Below, piece after piece: positions 35,514-48,954 of a stretch of DNA of 64,000 bases. Each line of letters begins with the position of its first letter. The stretch's first letter is position 1. This DNA comes from Mobula hypostoma. Taxonomy: Eukaryota. The notes below the pieces were generated by a model, which did not search any database, had not been told where the DNA came from, and worked only from the letters and a program-made list of their open reading frames with translations. The stretch is from assembly GCF_963921235.1 (NCBI RefSeq), contig NC_086108.1:86430001-86494000 (forward strand), written 5' to 3'. A program made the translations under genes and the position numbers.

Positions 35514-38329
35514 TAGACTTGTGGACTCGCAGACGCACAGACCCAGGGCTCCAGTCATCAGGCCTTGACGTATCGACTTCTGATCAGCTTGTTCTTGTCC
35601 TTGGTTCCAAAACACCATTGCTATTCCTTCCTTGTTCAATCATCCATAAGTTTAAAGTAACTTCAGACTGTGCTGTCTGTGCTCTAACTCACACAATCTT
35701 GTTTGACCACCTCCTGCACACTGGCTAACACTCACTTCTCATTAAGAAAGCTCCAAATTTAACTCCTTAATCACATGTTTGAGAGATTGGAATTGAATGC
35801 CACAAACTTCCGGTTTAAGATGGCGCTATCGAAGACATGCAACAGCATGTGATGGTTTGAAAGCAAACGGATTCTATTAAGAAGCTATTAATAATGCTCT
35901 TTTGAAGTAAATTGTGGTAAGCTATCACCTTAAACAATGAAGAGGCAGGTGAGGGCTAAGCAAACTCGAGAGATGTGCCCTGCTGATGCACTGCAAAATC
36001 AGCGCACTTGGTGTTGAAACTATGCTCATTGGAGTGGATGATTTGGAGGGAGAAGATGGGACAGAGGATTCCCGATGCCTGTCCAACTAACCTGGGTCCA
36101 AGGGTGGATCACTCTAAGCGTTAAGCCAATTTGGAGAAGTTGAGAACAGCTTCTTTGGCAGTGAAATCCAGGTCCAAAGCGAATCACTGGGCGGCATGCT
36201 CTAGGCCTGGAGCGATTCACCACAACGAGGCCTGGGTCCTAAAGCAAGGTACAATGTACATTTTGGACAATCTAAACGTCGGGCCAGATAGACTGGAAAG
36301 GAAAGGTGCCGAGAATCAGATGAGATTGGATTGCTCTAAGCACCAAGCTGATTTGGAGAGGACAAGGACTGCTTCTCCAGCAGTGAAATCTAGGAACAGA
36401 ACAATTCATTGCGGGTGGGGCCCAGGTCTTAGTGTGAAGTTCAGAGAATTTAAACACCGGCCTATGTAATCTGGGGGCTCCTCTCTCCACAACACTAAGA
36501 TTGTGAGACTGCACCCGGCTGCTGTGCTTCGCGTCTGCTAGTGATTTCCCTGCTAGTGTGATGAACTGAATACCGAGGCTTTGGGCCTACTCCGGGCAGC
36601 TCTGGAGATTTTGATCTAAGGACTCAATTTAGTTCAGAATGCTGCTGTGCCACTACTGTTGTTATTGCTTACTTCTATTGTTTGTATGATTTATTTCCAT
36701 TTTTTTCTCTTCCTCTGTGGGCACTGGGGATTGATCTTGTTTTTTTTTAACTGGGTTCTCTCAGGTTGCTTGCTTTGCGACTGCTTGTTAAGCAAACAAA
36801 TCTCAAGGTCGTATAATTTAATACATTCTTCAATAATAAATGCACTTTGAATTTTTGAAACTTAAATCCCATGTGGCTTCGCCCAACACTAACTCTGTAA
36901 TCTGCTCTGGTGAGACTCTTGATGTTTCAAAGCTTCTACTGCCCTGGCCTCTTGTTCTTCTGCAAATATAATGGGCGTTCATTAGGGAATTAAATCTTCG
37001 GCTATCAAGGATTTAGAGTTTCAGCTTTCTTTTCAAAAGCCCTCTGCCACTCTTAAAATCTTTGCCCCTTTAAGGTACTTGGTTAATTTAATTTATTTGT
37101 CAATCTTCTGGCCATTTGCCTTTATGTGGTCCAGAGTCATGCTATTTGATAATGTGCTCATGAAGTGCTTTGGGATGTTAAAGATAAATGCGTTTGCTGT
37201 ATAAATGCAAGTTGTTGTTGGCGTCCTGGCTTTGAGATAATGTGTTACATTTCACATCTCTTTGATGGCATACTTAATGTAGAACCAAATGAGCAAAATG
37301 TACCCTTTTGGGAACGGTTTATTTCCATGAATAACTCAAGCAACAATAGAGGAATACAAAATTTCTGAACACAATCCCTGTTAAAAGTAAATCCTCTACC
37401 AAAAATTACTAACTGAATCTTTTAAATTCTGAGACATAATGGAGCCTTAATTGAAATGATAATGTTCAAATCACTGAACATGCCTCTAATTTATCTTCCG
37501 CCCTGTTCTCTGATGTTGATGCCATGCTCCTTCAGTTAACAGCTCAAAATATGATTTTATTAATAGGAAATTTCATATAAAATAATTTATATAATTCACT
37601 TGGGAAATAACCCAGAAGAGTAGTTTAGAGATTTATTTCTAAACTCTGAAATTTTAGAAGTTACTTTTCACTTTCTCTCTTGATGAAAGTGGCTTTTTCG
37701 CATACCACGATTCCAAGGAATATATTGCCCTTACAGAACCTACCCACTTTTCCTTCACAGGCAAGCCGTAATAGCAAATGTTGGTCAATTATTTTACTAT
37801 AAGTCACCACACGCAAATTTGATTCATTCTCAACTATGTCCATTTTCAGCACATTGTGCCCAGCATCTGCAGAATATTTTGTGTTTGTGGTTAGCATCGA
37901 GAATGAACGAGACAACCCGGTGACCCGTTGGGGCACCCTTTGAGAGAAGGGTAGTCTGATGTGATGTGATTTGGAAATTAAAGAAGAAAAACTCAGTTTA
38001 TTAAAGAAGAAAGATGCGTAGCAAGACAAATATAGCTCCTCCTCGTTTAATGAAGGACACTTTTGATGACAACATTTCTGGTTGATCTGCCACCCTTCAA
38101 GAATACTCTAACATTTTCATTTCTTTTTCCCCAGCTTAAAGCCACATTTTGGCGTCATCTCTGGACCATAATGTCCCCCTTCTCTTTCCTTGTGGCATAA
38201 TTAGACTGTCCATGTCTTTTTACCCTAATGCTTGATAGAAGATACGAAGCAGAAACACTAAAGCCTCCAGGATGCTGATTTTTCTTGATGATGTGGTTGG
38301 TGCTCTCCTAAATAGACATGATAGCCCTG

Positions 38330-38530
38330 CCCTTTTGCTGCGGTTGGTGTCACTGCTGTGATCATCGTGAGGCACTGCTGAGGCTGGCCGTGCGCATGCG
38401 TCGTGATGTCGCATCGCGGTTTCCATTGAAGCTGGAATCGGCTCAGGTTGTGGAAAGCAGAGCCTGTTGATTGACGAGTGAGCAATTTTATACGAATATA
38501 TATCCCTGAACTTCGCATGCGTTTTGTAAG
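38330..38530. promoter_or_regulatory. Promoter-like CpG-enriched patch with NRF1 motif
   Basis: Local CpG cluster in sequence not recognised as a repeat; TGCGCATGCG at 38391-38400; possible donors on both strands (GTGAGC at 38478 on +, GTAAAA at 38223 on -). Confidence 0.4.
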
Positions 38531-38769
38531 TTAGCACATTTTAAGTCAATTTAGTCAAAAAAAGTCCCGCTGTAATGCACCGTCTGGGCTAATTGGAGGT
38601 CACAAACAGAGCATGAGAATTTTAGTAGTATATGGATTATTGCAATGCAACAGATTACCCAACTGAGATCTCACATGGGGAAAACCTGAAATATTCATAA
38701 TATGTATGATTCAGCTGCTTCTTGGACTTTGTATACATGGCAACCAATCAACAACAAATAATATGAAAA

Positions 38770-39105
38770 AGGATCTAGGGCTTTCCTGGTGTATATGATG
38801 AATAAACTCTTCTCAGGATTTCAGCCCAGTACAAGTATCAATTATAACCGATGTTTCAATAGCAAACTCCACCATCTTCATCTGGGATGATGCCTGGGCA
38901 TGTCTAGTCTGTCAGAATTTATACCCCCATAGTCTGTCCCTCTAGATTGGTTAGACCTCATCCAAACAGGTTTCTGAAAATGTCACCTTGCTTACAATTG
39001 AATTCCTGGTCTTACTTACTAGAATGAGACCTTCGTCTTTGTTAAAATTCTTTTCCTCTAGTTTAATTTCAATGGCTTCCTTCACCAGGTTGTCGCAAAA
39101 GCCAG
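38770..39105 (-). mobile_element. Penelope-like 3' fragment of a second family (GIY-YIG tail and degenerate hammerhead)
   Basis: LVKEAIEIKLEEKNFNKDEGL; minus strand CAGATGAAGATGG..TTGAAAC at about 38850-38886. Confidence 0.65.
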
Positions 39106-39980
39106 TGGTGGGGTGCCAAGTAGGTGAAGGGGCAGCTAATGTTGTGGGAGAAGGGAGTCTGCCAAGGGACTTGGACAAATTGGGAGAATGGGCAAAGAAG
39201 TGGCAGATGGAATACGGTGTAGGGAAGTGTATGGTCATGAACTTTGGTAAAGACATAGTCTATTTTCTAAACAGGAAGAAATTTCAAAAATCAGGGTGCA
39301 AAGCAACTTGGGGGTCCTTGTGCAGGATTCCTAAAGGCTATCTTGTAGATTGAGTAAGTGGTAATGAAGGCAAATGCAATGTTAACATTCATTTTGAGAG
39401 GACTAGAATATAAAAGCAAGGATGTTATGCTGAGGCTTTATAAGTCATTGGTCAGACTGCATGGAGTAGTGTGAGCAGTTTTGGGCCCTTATCAAAGAAA
39501 AGATGTTCTGGAATTGGAGAGGATCCAGAAGAGGTTCACAAGAATGATTTTGGGAATTAAAGGGTTAACGTATGAGGGGTGTTTGAAGAATGAGGGGGAA
39601 ATCTCATTGAAACCTATCGAATAAGGTCTAGGTAAATTGGATATGGAGAGCACGTTTCCTATAACATGAGAGTGTAGAACCAGAGGGCACAGCCTCATAA
39701 TAGAGGGAAGTCCTTTTAAAACAGAAATAAGAAGGCCTTCCTTTAGCCAGAAGTTGTTGAACCCATGAAATTCATTCCCATGGATGGCTGTGGAGGCCAA
39801 GTCATAGAGTATACTTAAAGCAGAGGTTACTAGGTTCTTGGTTAGTCAGGGCATCAAAGGTTCTGGAGAGAAGACAGGAGAATGGGGTTGAGAGGGAGAA
39901 TAAATCATCTGTGATGGTGTGGTAGAGCAGATTTGATAGGCTGAGTGACCTAATTCTGCTGTTATACCTTATGGATCTCT
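39105..39980 (+). mobile_element. CR1 LINE 3' fragment
   Basis: RDLDKLGEWAKKWQMEY and CR1 3' UTR. Confidence 0.85.
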
Positions 39981-42164
39981 CGCCACCAATGGTAAACAAG
40001 TAGTTATTAGAAGACTTACATTGACAACATTGATCTGTGTTGTTTTGCAGACATTCCCTTTCTTTCACCACACTTCCCATTGGATGTCTGCAACTTAAAA
40101 CAAGCTTGTTTTATTTTCCTCTTCTACACTCAAGTTTACAACTCTTACAGATTTGTTGCACCACTGGAGAGGTAAAATAAGATTTGTTGTTGCTTATATT
40201 GGAATTAGCCCTCACAAAAAACAGCTGGAACCTCGGAATGAAACCTTGGAGATTCCAGAATCAATTTGATATTGACCACATCAGATGTGAGGCCCCATGT
40301 GCCACCTAGGCACTAAGGGTTCAGACAGCAAGGACATCAGATGTGATACAGTTTTATTTCAAGACTCCATTGCTCACTCAGGAAATAACATTTGGTTAAC
40401 TTATTAGTGAAAATTCATAAATTGGAAAAAAATCAATTACACCAGAATTAAAGGAAACTTAGCTTTTTTGATAATGCCAAAAGAAAACAGCCACACTACC
40501 TCATAGGTGGATCTTCTTCTGAACTAAGTTAAGTTATTTTCATCTTGTGTCCAAGGCATCAAATCCGTACTGAATTTGGAACCAGTAAGTTGCTTGTTTA
40601 GCATTCACCCTACACCATCATTGGCTGTATTTGACAACAGACCACTTCATGAATTTGAAAGAATTCAAGCAACCTGTATTTTCTATTCTTCAATTAAAGT
40701 ACAGGCAGAGAGCGAATGGAGTCATGGAATATGAATGACTGATTTCACATTTAGCATAGTGCCGAGGATTCCTCCCCCTCTGACGTGTGCAGGCAATAAA
40801 ACTTTAACTTGAAATTTGCAGTCAGACTTTAACTTGAAATCTCAGGAAAGGTCAAACATACTGAAGGTAACTGCATTCTGCAGTGGCACAGACACATCAA
40901 AGCCTCAGAAGTCATTGCCTGAGTGAGAGAATTTATTTGATTTTTGGATAACAAATAACTTTAATTTCAATGGAATGAACACAAGTAAAGCAAGTAAGAT
41001 TAAGTTAATTTTATTAATTTATACAGTGCTAACTGTGCACTCACTTAACTAGCTTGGATCAGCTATTTGCCCTTGTGTGTTATCAACTTCTTCTGAGTTT
41101 GTGAATTGGCCCTCTTAGCTGAAAGAGTAGCAAGGGTAAATAGTTTCACTTCTGACTGATTCACTTCTTGGGATGAAAGAGAATCTTTCCATATCTATGA
41201 GTAATACTGACAGGCTTCCAATAATGCCAGAACCCTTGTTTGCTCTGGTCAGAAAAGGTTCATTGTCTTTCAGAGATGATCCCTACAGGGCAATGTGATG
41301 TTGTGTTGCTTCTTCTGATGCAAGTACCAAACAATTGATCTCGTACTCCTGTCTATCATTCTTCAAGGTATCTTTAGAAACAAGATGGTTCAGGTTTAGT
41401 GGTCAGTGGTGGATAGGATTGGCCACTGACTTTGAAGGAACAGTCCAAACCTATACATTCTGGGCATCAGTTTAGTGCAAGAACACATTTGCATTAATGA
41501 TGATGTCATCAAGATGGTGAAAGTTACTTTAAGGAATTCTTGCAAAAGGAAGCGTAGTCAGAAAATAGGAAATAAGAGAAAGGATTTATTTGTTCCTTAA
41601 ACCCAGTGCTACAATCTTCAAGATCATAATTGACCTACTGCCATTCCATTTTATGGCCCAATCCTTGTGTCGCTTGATTCCATAATATTCAGATATCTGT
41701 TGATTTCTGATTTGAATTAATACAATGACTGAGCATACACAACACCTTTGGCTGAAGAAATTTCTCCTCGTCTTAATCCTGAATGGGCTATCCACTGTTT
41801 TGATACTATCATTTCTATTTTTGTATTCTTCAGCAGAGGAGAATCATCCACCCTCTGAAGCCCTGATGAAGGGTCTTGGCCTAAAATGTCTACTGTTTAT
41901 TCTTTTCCAGGGATTCTGCCTGGTATGCTCAGTTTCTCAGAAATTTTATGTGCGTTACTCTGGATTTCCAGCATCTGCAGAACCTCTTGTATTTAAGCCA
42001 CATAGAATCTTTGTCATGAATGATCATCTTAGTTCCTCTGAATTTCTAGAGAATGCAGGCCTCATCATCTCAATAACTTGTATATCAAATTAACTATTCC
42101 TGAAATTAGCCTAGATATACTGAGATATACTGCTGTATTTGATCGATCAATGAGATAAACTATC

Positions 42165-42450
42165 TAGTTGAATGGTATCACAACAACAGCTTTGCAATCA
42201 ACATCAGCAAGACCAAGGAATTCATTGTGGACTTCAGGAAGGGGCAGATGAGGGAACACACCCCAGTCCTCGTCGAGGGATCAGAAGTGGGAAGTGTGAG
42301 CAGTTTCAAGTTTCTGGGTGTCAACATCCCTAAGGATCTATCCTTCACCCTGTATATTGATGTAATTACAAAGAAAGCATGACAATGGCTATACTTCATT
42401 AGAAGTTAGTGGCGGATTAGTCTGTCACCAAAGGCACTCACAAATTTCTA
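42165..42450 (+). mobile_element. Rex1/Babar fragment
   Basis: NISKTKEFIVDFRK..SSFKFLGVNI. Confidence 0.75.
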
Positions 42451-42454
42451 TGAA

Positions 42455-43390
42455 AAATTTGCAGACAATATGAAGATAAATTGAGGGGCAGGTAGTGTTG
42501 TGGAAGTAGAGAGGCTATAGAAGGACTTAGACAGTTTACAAGAATGGGCAAATATGTGGCAGATGGAAGGCTGTGTTGGGAAGGGTATAGTCATTCACTT
42601 TGGAAGAAGAAATGAAAGGGTTGCCTTTCTTCAAGATGGAAATAAAATAGAAAAAATCTGAGATGCAAAGGGACTGGGAGCACTTATGCAAGATTTGCTA
42701 AAGGTTAATTTTCAGGTCGAGTCTGTGGTGAGGAAGGCAAATGTGATGTTAACATTCATTTCAAGAGGACTGGAATATAAAAGAATGCAATGTTGAGACT
42801 TGATAAAGCACTGGTGAGGCCTCACTTGGAGTATTGTGAGCAGTTTTGGGCTCCTTCTCTTAGAACAGATGTGCTGAAACTGCAGAGGGTTCAAAGGAAG
42901 TTTACAAAAATTATTCCAAGTTCGAGCAGCTTTTCATATGAAAAGAGTTTGATGGCTCTGAGCCTGTATTTACTGGATTTCAGAAGAATGAGGGGTGACC
43001 TTATTGAAACCTATTGAATGATGAAAAGTCTTGATAGAGTGGATAAGGAAAGGATGTTTCCTAAGGTGGGAGAGTCTAAGACCAGGGAACACAGCCTAGG
43101 AATAGAGGAGTGTCCTTTTGAAATGGAGATCAGGAGGAATTTCCATTGCTAGAGTGTGGTAAATCTATGGAATTCTTTGCCATATGCAGCTGTGGTGGCC
43201 AAGTCTTTATGTATATTTAAGACAGAGGTTGATAGATTCTTGATCAGTCAGAGCATGAAGGGATACAAGGAGAAGGCAGGAGTTGAGAGCCAAGAGAAAA
43301 ATTGAATCAGCTATGGTGAAATGACAGTGCAGACCCAATGGGCCAAATGGCATAATTTTGCTCCTATATTTTATGGCGTTATGGTCTTAT
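42455..43390 (+). mobile_element. CR1 LINE 3' fragment
   Basis: KFADNMK, ALVRPHLEYCEQFWAP, RRMRGDLIETY, 3' tail. Confidence 0.88.
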
Positions 43391-43447
43391 GAACAGCACT
43401 CTAACTCGTTGTATCACTATCTTGTATCAAGGGGCCATGGTACATGG

Positions 43448-43563
43448 TGTTATGTGACCACGGTTTCGTTGACTGTGGATGTCACTTTAAAATGCCTGGA
43501 AGAGGTGGGACTATGACATCAGTATAACAAGCTGCGACAGACCACTGGGACTTTCAGAGGAGA

Positions 43564-43606
<43 letters not shown>

Positions 43607-46600
43607 GGAGGAAGGAAGGAAGAGGAAGAGGAATTTTTGGGCTGCAAGTTGCTGGCAGGAGCTTGCTGCAACAATGGGTAAAGTCTGATACTTTCCCATG
43701 CCCAAAGGATTGGGTTGATCAACGGCACACAGTGCACTTTGGATGTGTGGCGGTCACTTCGTATGATCCATACGTGGATTTTGTTGGAGTATCCTGTGGC
43801 GACCATCTTTGTTAACCCTTACATGATTTCAGGTATGTTATGTGGTAACCACTTGTGCTAAGGAATATTCCATGACTGTCACCTTGTGATATTTCTACGT
43901 GGATTTGGGACGACTCGACGGATAAGATCTTCAGCGACTGTTACTTCATTTTCCCAGCATGGAACTTGTGGAATTCTTCGCGATCGCCTCCTCTCTACAT
44001 TTTAATGTGGACTTAAAGTTTCTCCCCTCACTTATTCTGTGGATTGCTGGACCTTTCTAGCTTGCCAACTAGAACTTTAAGAACTGTTTCTAAGCTGGAC
44101 AGTTTGGGAGCCACACACGCACATAACACTGCTAACTTCTGTTTATTTCATTTAATTTTCTATATTTTTGAGTAGATACTAATAAATATAGTGTTTTAAC
44201 ATTAAAACCTGACTCAATTTTTGATCTATTGCTGCTGGTTGTGATTTTGAACAAATTGGAACTTATTGATTGATTGATTATCGATCTGATTGGTTACTTC
44301 CCTTTTGATTGACCTGTGTGTGGAAACCAGCAGCAATGGATATTGATAAATTTCTGGCATCACCAACCTCTGAGGCATTAGAGGAAGCCAGAAAGAAAGA
44401 GTTGTTGGTCATTGCTAATAATCTGGACCTTGTTGCAGTAAGGCCAGCGATGAGAAAGGCAGAGATTCAGAAGAGAATAGCTGAGCACTATATATCTACG
44501 GAGGTGTTTGAAGAGAAGGTGTTAGAAAGGTTTCCTGAAAGTAAACCAGGTAATCCTGAGCTTCAGTTATGGCTGGAACAATTAAAGTTCGAGACAGAGA
44601 AGCTTAGATTAGAAACTGAGGAAAGGGAAAGAGAAAGACAAAGGCAGTTCGAGATAGAGATGGAGAAGTTAAGGCTCAAGAGTCATACTTCTGGCTCTAG
44701 GGATAAGTTGTTGCCAGTCGGGAAGTTAAAATTGTTCCTCCATTTGAAGAGGCCGAGGTTGATAAATACATTCAGCATTTTGAGGAAGTTGCTCAGAGCC
44801 TAAGGTGGCCAAGAGACTGCTGGCCTCTCCTGTTGCAGAGTGTAATTAAAGGTAAGGCTGAGCAGACATATTCTGCCCTATCAGTTGAAAATGCAGCTGA
44901 CTATGGGACAGTAAAACAGGCTATGCTTAAAGCTTATGAACTGGTTCCAGAAGCCTATAGGCAAAGGTTTAGGAATTTGAAGAAATCTGTGAGCCAGACT
45001 CATGTGGAATTTGCTCAGAGAAGTCTGTGTGTTTTGAACGATGGTGCACATCTAAAAATGTGGATAATGATTTCGACAAATTGAAAGAGTTGGTTTTAAT
45101 TGAAGAGTTTAAAAGGTGTGTCCATAATGATATAAAGACATATTTAGATGAGAAGGATGCTGCCACTTTGCAAGAATCTGCTAAATTAGCAGATGAGTTT
45201 GCACTAACTCACAAGTTTAAGTTTACCACGAATAAGACCTTCCAAAAGAATAGTATGGGTAGTCAGGGTAAACCAGAAATCAAATCTGGGTCTAGTGACT
45301 AAGGTAAGGGTGAAGGGAAGCAATTAAAGGAGAAGTATTCTGGTCCTACTTGTCACTATTGCAAGAAACCTGGTCATGATATGGCTAACTGTTTCCTCCT
45401 AAAGAAGAAGAAGGAAAAGGAGGCAGTTCCAGATGCCTGCGTTTAACAATTTGAAGCACCTATAAACCTACAGGGTTCTGGACATGCTGATGAAGCTCTG
45501 TCCGGGGCTAAGATGTTCTATCTGGTCAGGAAAGAGTTCATTCCTTTTGTGTCAGGGGGATTTGTTTCAGTGAATGAAGAGTCATCCCTGGTACCAGTGA
45601 AAATTCTTCGAGATACTGGGGCTTCTCAGTCACTCTTGTTAGACAATGTTCTAGAGTTTAGTGATGAGACTGCAATTGGTGAGGTAAATATTAATCAAGG
45701 GATTGGGGACAACATGGTTTCTGTACGTTTACACAAGATAATCTTGAAGTCAGAGTGCATTTCAGGATCGATTGAGTTAGGACTACAGCCCAGTTTACCG
45801 GTGACAGGTGTTTCTTTGTTGCTAGGGAATGACCTAGCAGGTGGCAAAGTTGTCCCTGCAGTGCAGCTGACGACTAAGCCAATCACTGATGATCCAAAGA
45901 TGTTTTCTAACATTTATCCATCCTGCGCAGTAACTCAAGCTATGGCCAAGAAGCTTGCCAGTGCGGATGGTCCTGTGCAGCATGGTTCTGCTACCCATGA
46001 CAGCCCAAATCGGGACTCAGGTTTTAATGAATTGTCAGCGACTTTCCTTCTGTCATTATTGGAACAGGATCCTTGTATTAGGCCTGACTATAAAGATTTG
46101 TCTTTGTCCAGGAAGGAGTATATAGCGGAACAGACCAGAGACCCTGAGATTGCTGCCTTGAAAGAAAGAGCACTCTCAGATGATGAGATTGAGAAAGTAC
46201 CAGTTGGGTATTATTTCAAGGATGGAGTGTTAATGAGGATGTGGAGACCACCTGATATTCCTGCAAGTGAGGAATGGTCAATTGTTCACCAGGTTGTAGT
46301 TCCGAAAGCCTATGGGAATGAGATTTTAACCCTGGCCCATAGTATGGCCTTGGGTGACCATCTAGGTGTGAATAAAACTGTGGATAAGATTTTTAAACAA
46401 TTCTTCTGGCCTGGTTTGAGAAAAGATGTTGCGACATTTTGCCGGACTTGTCACACTTGTCATGTTGTGGATAAACCTAATCAAGTCACCCCAGTGGCCC
46501 CACTGCAGCCTATTCCTGCATTTGGTGAGCCCTTTTCTAAAGTTATTGTGGATTGTGTTGGCCCATTGCCCAAGACTAAAGCTGGCCATCAGTATTTGCT

Positions 46601-48182
46601 AACCATCATGTGTACAGCATCTAGATTTCCGGAAGCAATACCTCTTGGGAATATAAAAGCTCCAATTGTGTCGAAGGTTCTCATAAAATTTTTCACTTTA
46701 TTTGGTTTGCCTAAAGAAATCCAGTCCAATCAAGGAAGTAATTTTATGTCAGGATTATTCCAGCAGATAGTTTAGAAACTGGGATCCAAACAAATTACGT
46801 CATCTGCGTAACATCCAGAACCCCAAGGGGCCTTAGAAAGATTTTGTTCTACCCTCAAAACCATGATTAGGACATTCTGTATTGAAAATGAGAAAGATTG
46901 GGATGAGGGAGTTCACTTGCTTCTATTTGCAGTAAGGGAGTCATTGCAAGAGTCCCTAGGCTTTAGGCCCTTTGAACTTGTGTTTGGACACCAGGTCCAA
47001 GATCCTTTGTCATTATTAAAAGAGCAGTGGATTAACAATGACCTGCATATTAATTTGTTGGACTATGTTTCAAAATTCAAAGATAGATTGAAAAGGGCTT
47101 GCGACTTAGCAAGGGAAAATTTAAAATTAACCCAGGAAAGAATTAAAACTTGTACGATAAGAAAGCCAGCATGAGGTTATTCATGCCGGGAGATAAGGTA
47201 CTTGTTTTGTTCCCTGTGCAAACAAATCCTTTGCAAGCTAGGTTCCATGGTCCCTATGAAGTTGTGACTAAAGTCAATGATGTGGATTATGTAGTCAAAA
47301 CACCAGATAGAGGAAGGCCAATATAGCTTTGTCATGTAAACATGCTTAAGCTCTATCATGAAAAACAGACAGCATCTATGACGGTTGTTGTCAATAACAA
47401 TGAATCTGAACTCTTTGGGAATTTACGAGCTGATCCATTTGAGGCCTATTTTAGATCAAACATAATTTCCGCCAGATTCACAAACCCGACTGTTTTGGAA
47501 AATCTTATGAGAAATTAGCTCATTTACAGCCACAGCAGCGGCAACAGATGAGGCAATTGACCATGAAGTTTAGGTATTTGTTTCCTGATGTTCCAAAAAG
47601 AACAATAGTAGCCTCACATGAAGTGGATGTCGGTGATGCTAAACCTATAAAAATACATCCGTATGGCATGAATCTTGAAAAATGTAGACTTGCTGAACAA
47701 GAGATTGAGTATATGTTGGAAAATGGTATTATTAGGCACTCTACTTCAGATTGAAGCTCATCTTATGTTATGGTACCTAAACCAGATGGCAGTATCAGGT
47801 TTTGCACTGATTACAGAAAGGTGAATGCTATAACAAAAACAGATGCTTATCCCATCCCTAGAGTGGATGATTGTGTAGGCAAAGTTGGAAAGGCTAAGTT
47901 TCTTACAAAGATCAATCTGTTAAAAGGGTATTGGCGTGTTCCATTAACGGATAGAGGTAGAGAAATTTCTTCATTTGTAACACCTTGGTTGTATGAATAC
48001 AATGTTCTGCCATTTGGAATGAAAAGTGCTCTGGGAACATTCCAGAGAATGATTAACTCTGTAATCAAGGATTAGAACATACAGATGCCTATATTGATGA
48101 TTTGGTCACGGGGAATGACACCTGGGAAGCCCATGTCTCTGCAGTGGAAAAGCTGTTTGACAGGCTCTCAAAGTCCAACCTT
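43448..48182 (+). mobile_element. Gmr1-like Gypsy element (5' LTR, gag, PR, IN, RT), decayed and 3'-truncated
   Basis: LTR-like 43448 to about 44240 (TGTTATG start, AATAAA at 44181); gag from 44337, AYELVPEAYRQRFR, CHYCKKPGHDMANC at 45351-45392; ILRDTGA; integrase H-H-CHTC, IVDC, ALERF, HGPYEV; then RT RFCTDYRKVN and YIDD at 48090. Confidence 0.9.
43567..43630. repeat. (GA)n and purine-rich microsatellite inside the LTR
   Basis: About 16 GA units followed by GGAA/GAG repeats. Confidence 0.95.
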
Positions 48183-48620
48183 ACAGAAAAAGCTGCAGGA
48201 AGTTGTGAACTCTGCCAGTTTCATCATGGACACTAGCCTCTCCAGCGTTGAGGACACCTTCAAAAGGCAATGCTTCAAAAGACAGCATCCGTCATTAAGG
48301 AACTCTGTCAACCAAAGACATGCCCTCTTCTCATTGCTACCATCAAGGAGGATGTTCAGGAGTCTGAAGACACATAGTCAACATTTCAGGAGCAACATCT
48401 TCCCGTTGGCCTTCAGATTTCTGAATAGACAATGAACCCATGAACACTAAATCAATATTTTCCCTCTCTTTTTGCACTACTTGTTTCATTTAATTTAATT
48501 GTTTTATATATGCTTCTTATTGTAATTTATAGTTTTTATTATTGTAGCATACCACTGCCACAAAACAACAAATTTCATGATATATATCCGTGAAATTAAA
48601 CCTGATTCTGATCCTGATTT
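48183..48620 (+). mobile_element. Rex1/Babar 3' end abutting the truncated Gmr1 RT
   Basis: KKLQEVVNSASFIM..HALFSLLPS..; (CTGATT)n-like tail. Confidence 0.8.
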
Positions 48621-48954
48621 TGACCAATGCCACATAGAAAATTACATTTTTACTCTTCTAGTCAAATGCTCTTGTAATAAAAAGCACCACACCATTGCCT
48701 TCAAATCATTTTCAGTGCCTACATTTTAATTTTCTTGGACCTGTGTAAGGGACATGCAGATCCTTTTCAACATCAACATTATCTAGTATCCAAACCAAAC
48801 TATTGACAGTCCATTTCCCTCCACAGATGCTGCCTGACCCACTGAACACTCCCAGAATTTTGTTTTTCTGTCTATATCTGTTAATTATTTCATTTTATTG
48901 TCTCATGAACCAAAATGGAAACCCTGTGTTTTTCACATTATATTGCATTAGACC

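Noticed and set aside
37661..38029. 122-aa ORF as a host exon
   Set aside because: Its apparent acceptor (CTGCAGATGCTGG) is a Penelope-type repeat end and its phase does not fit the 33062 candidate exon
40151..40171. 21-nt micro-exon (ttacAG..GAG|GTAAAA) on the plus strand
   Set aside because: Too short to distinguish from chance without transcript data
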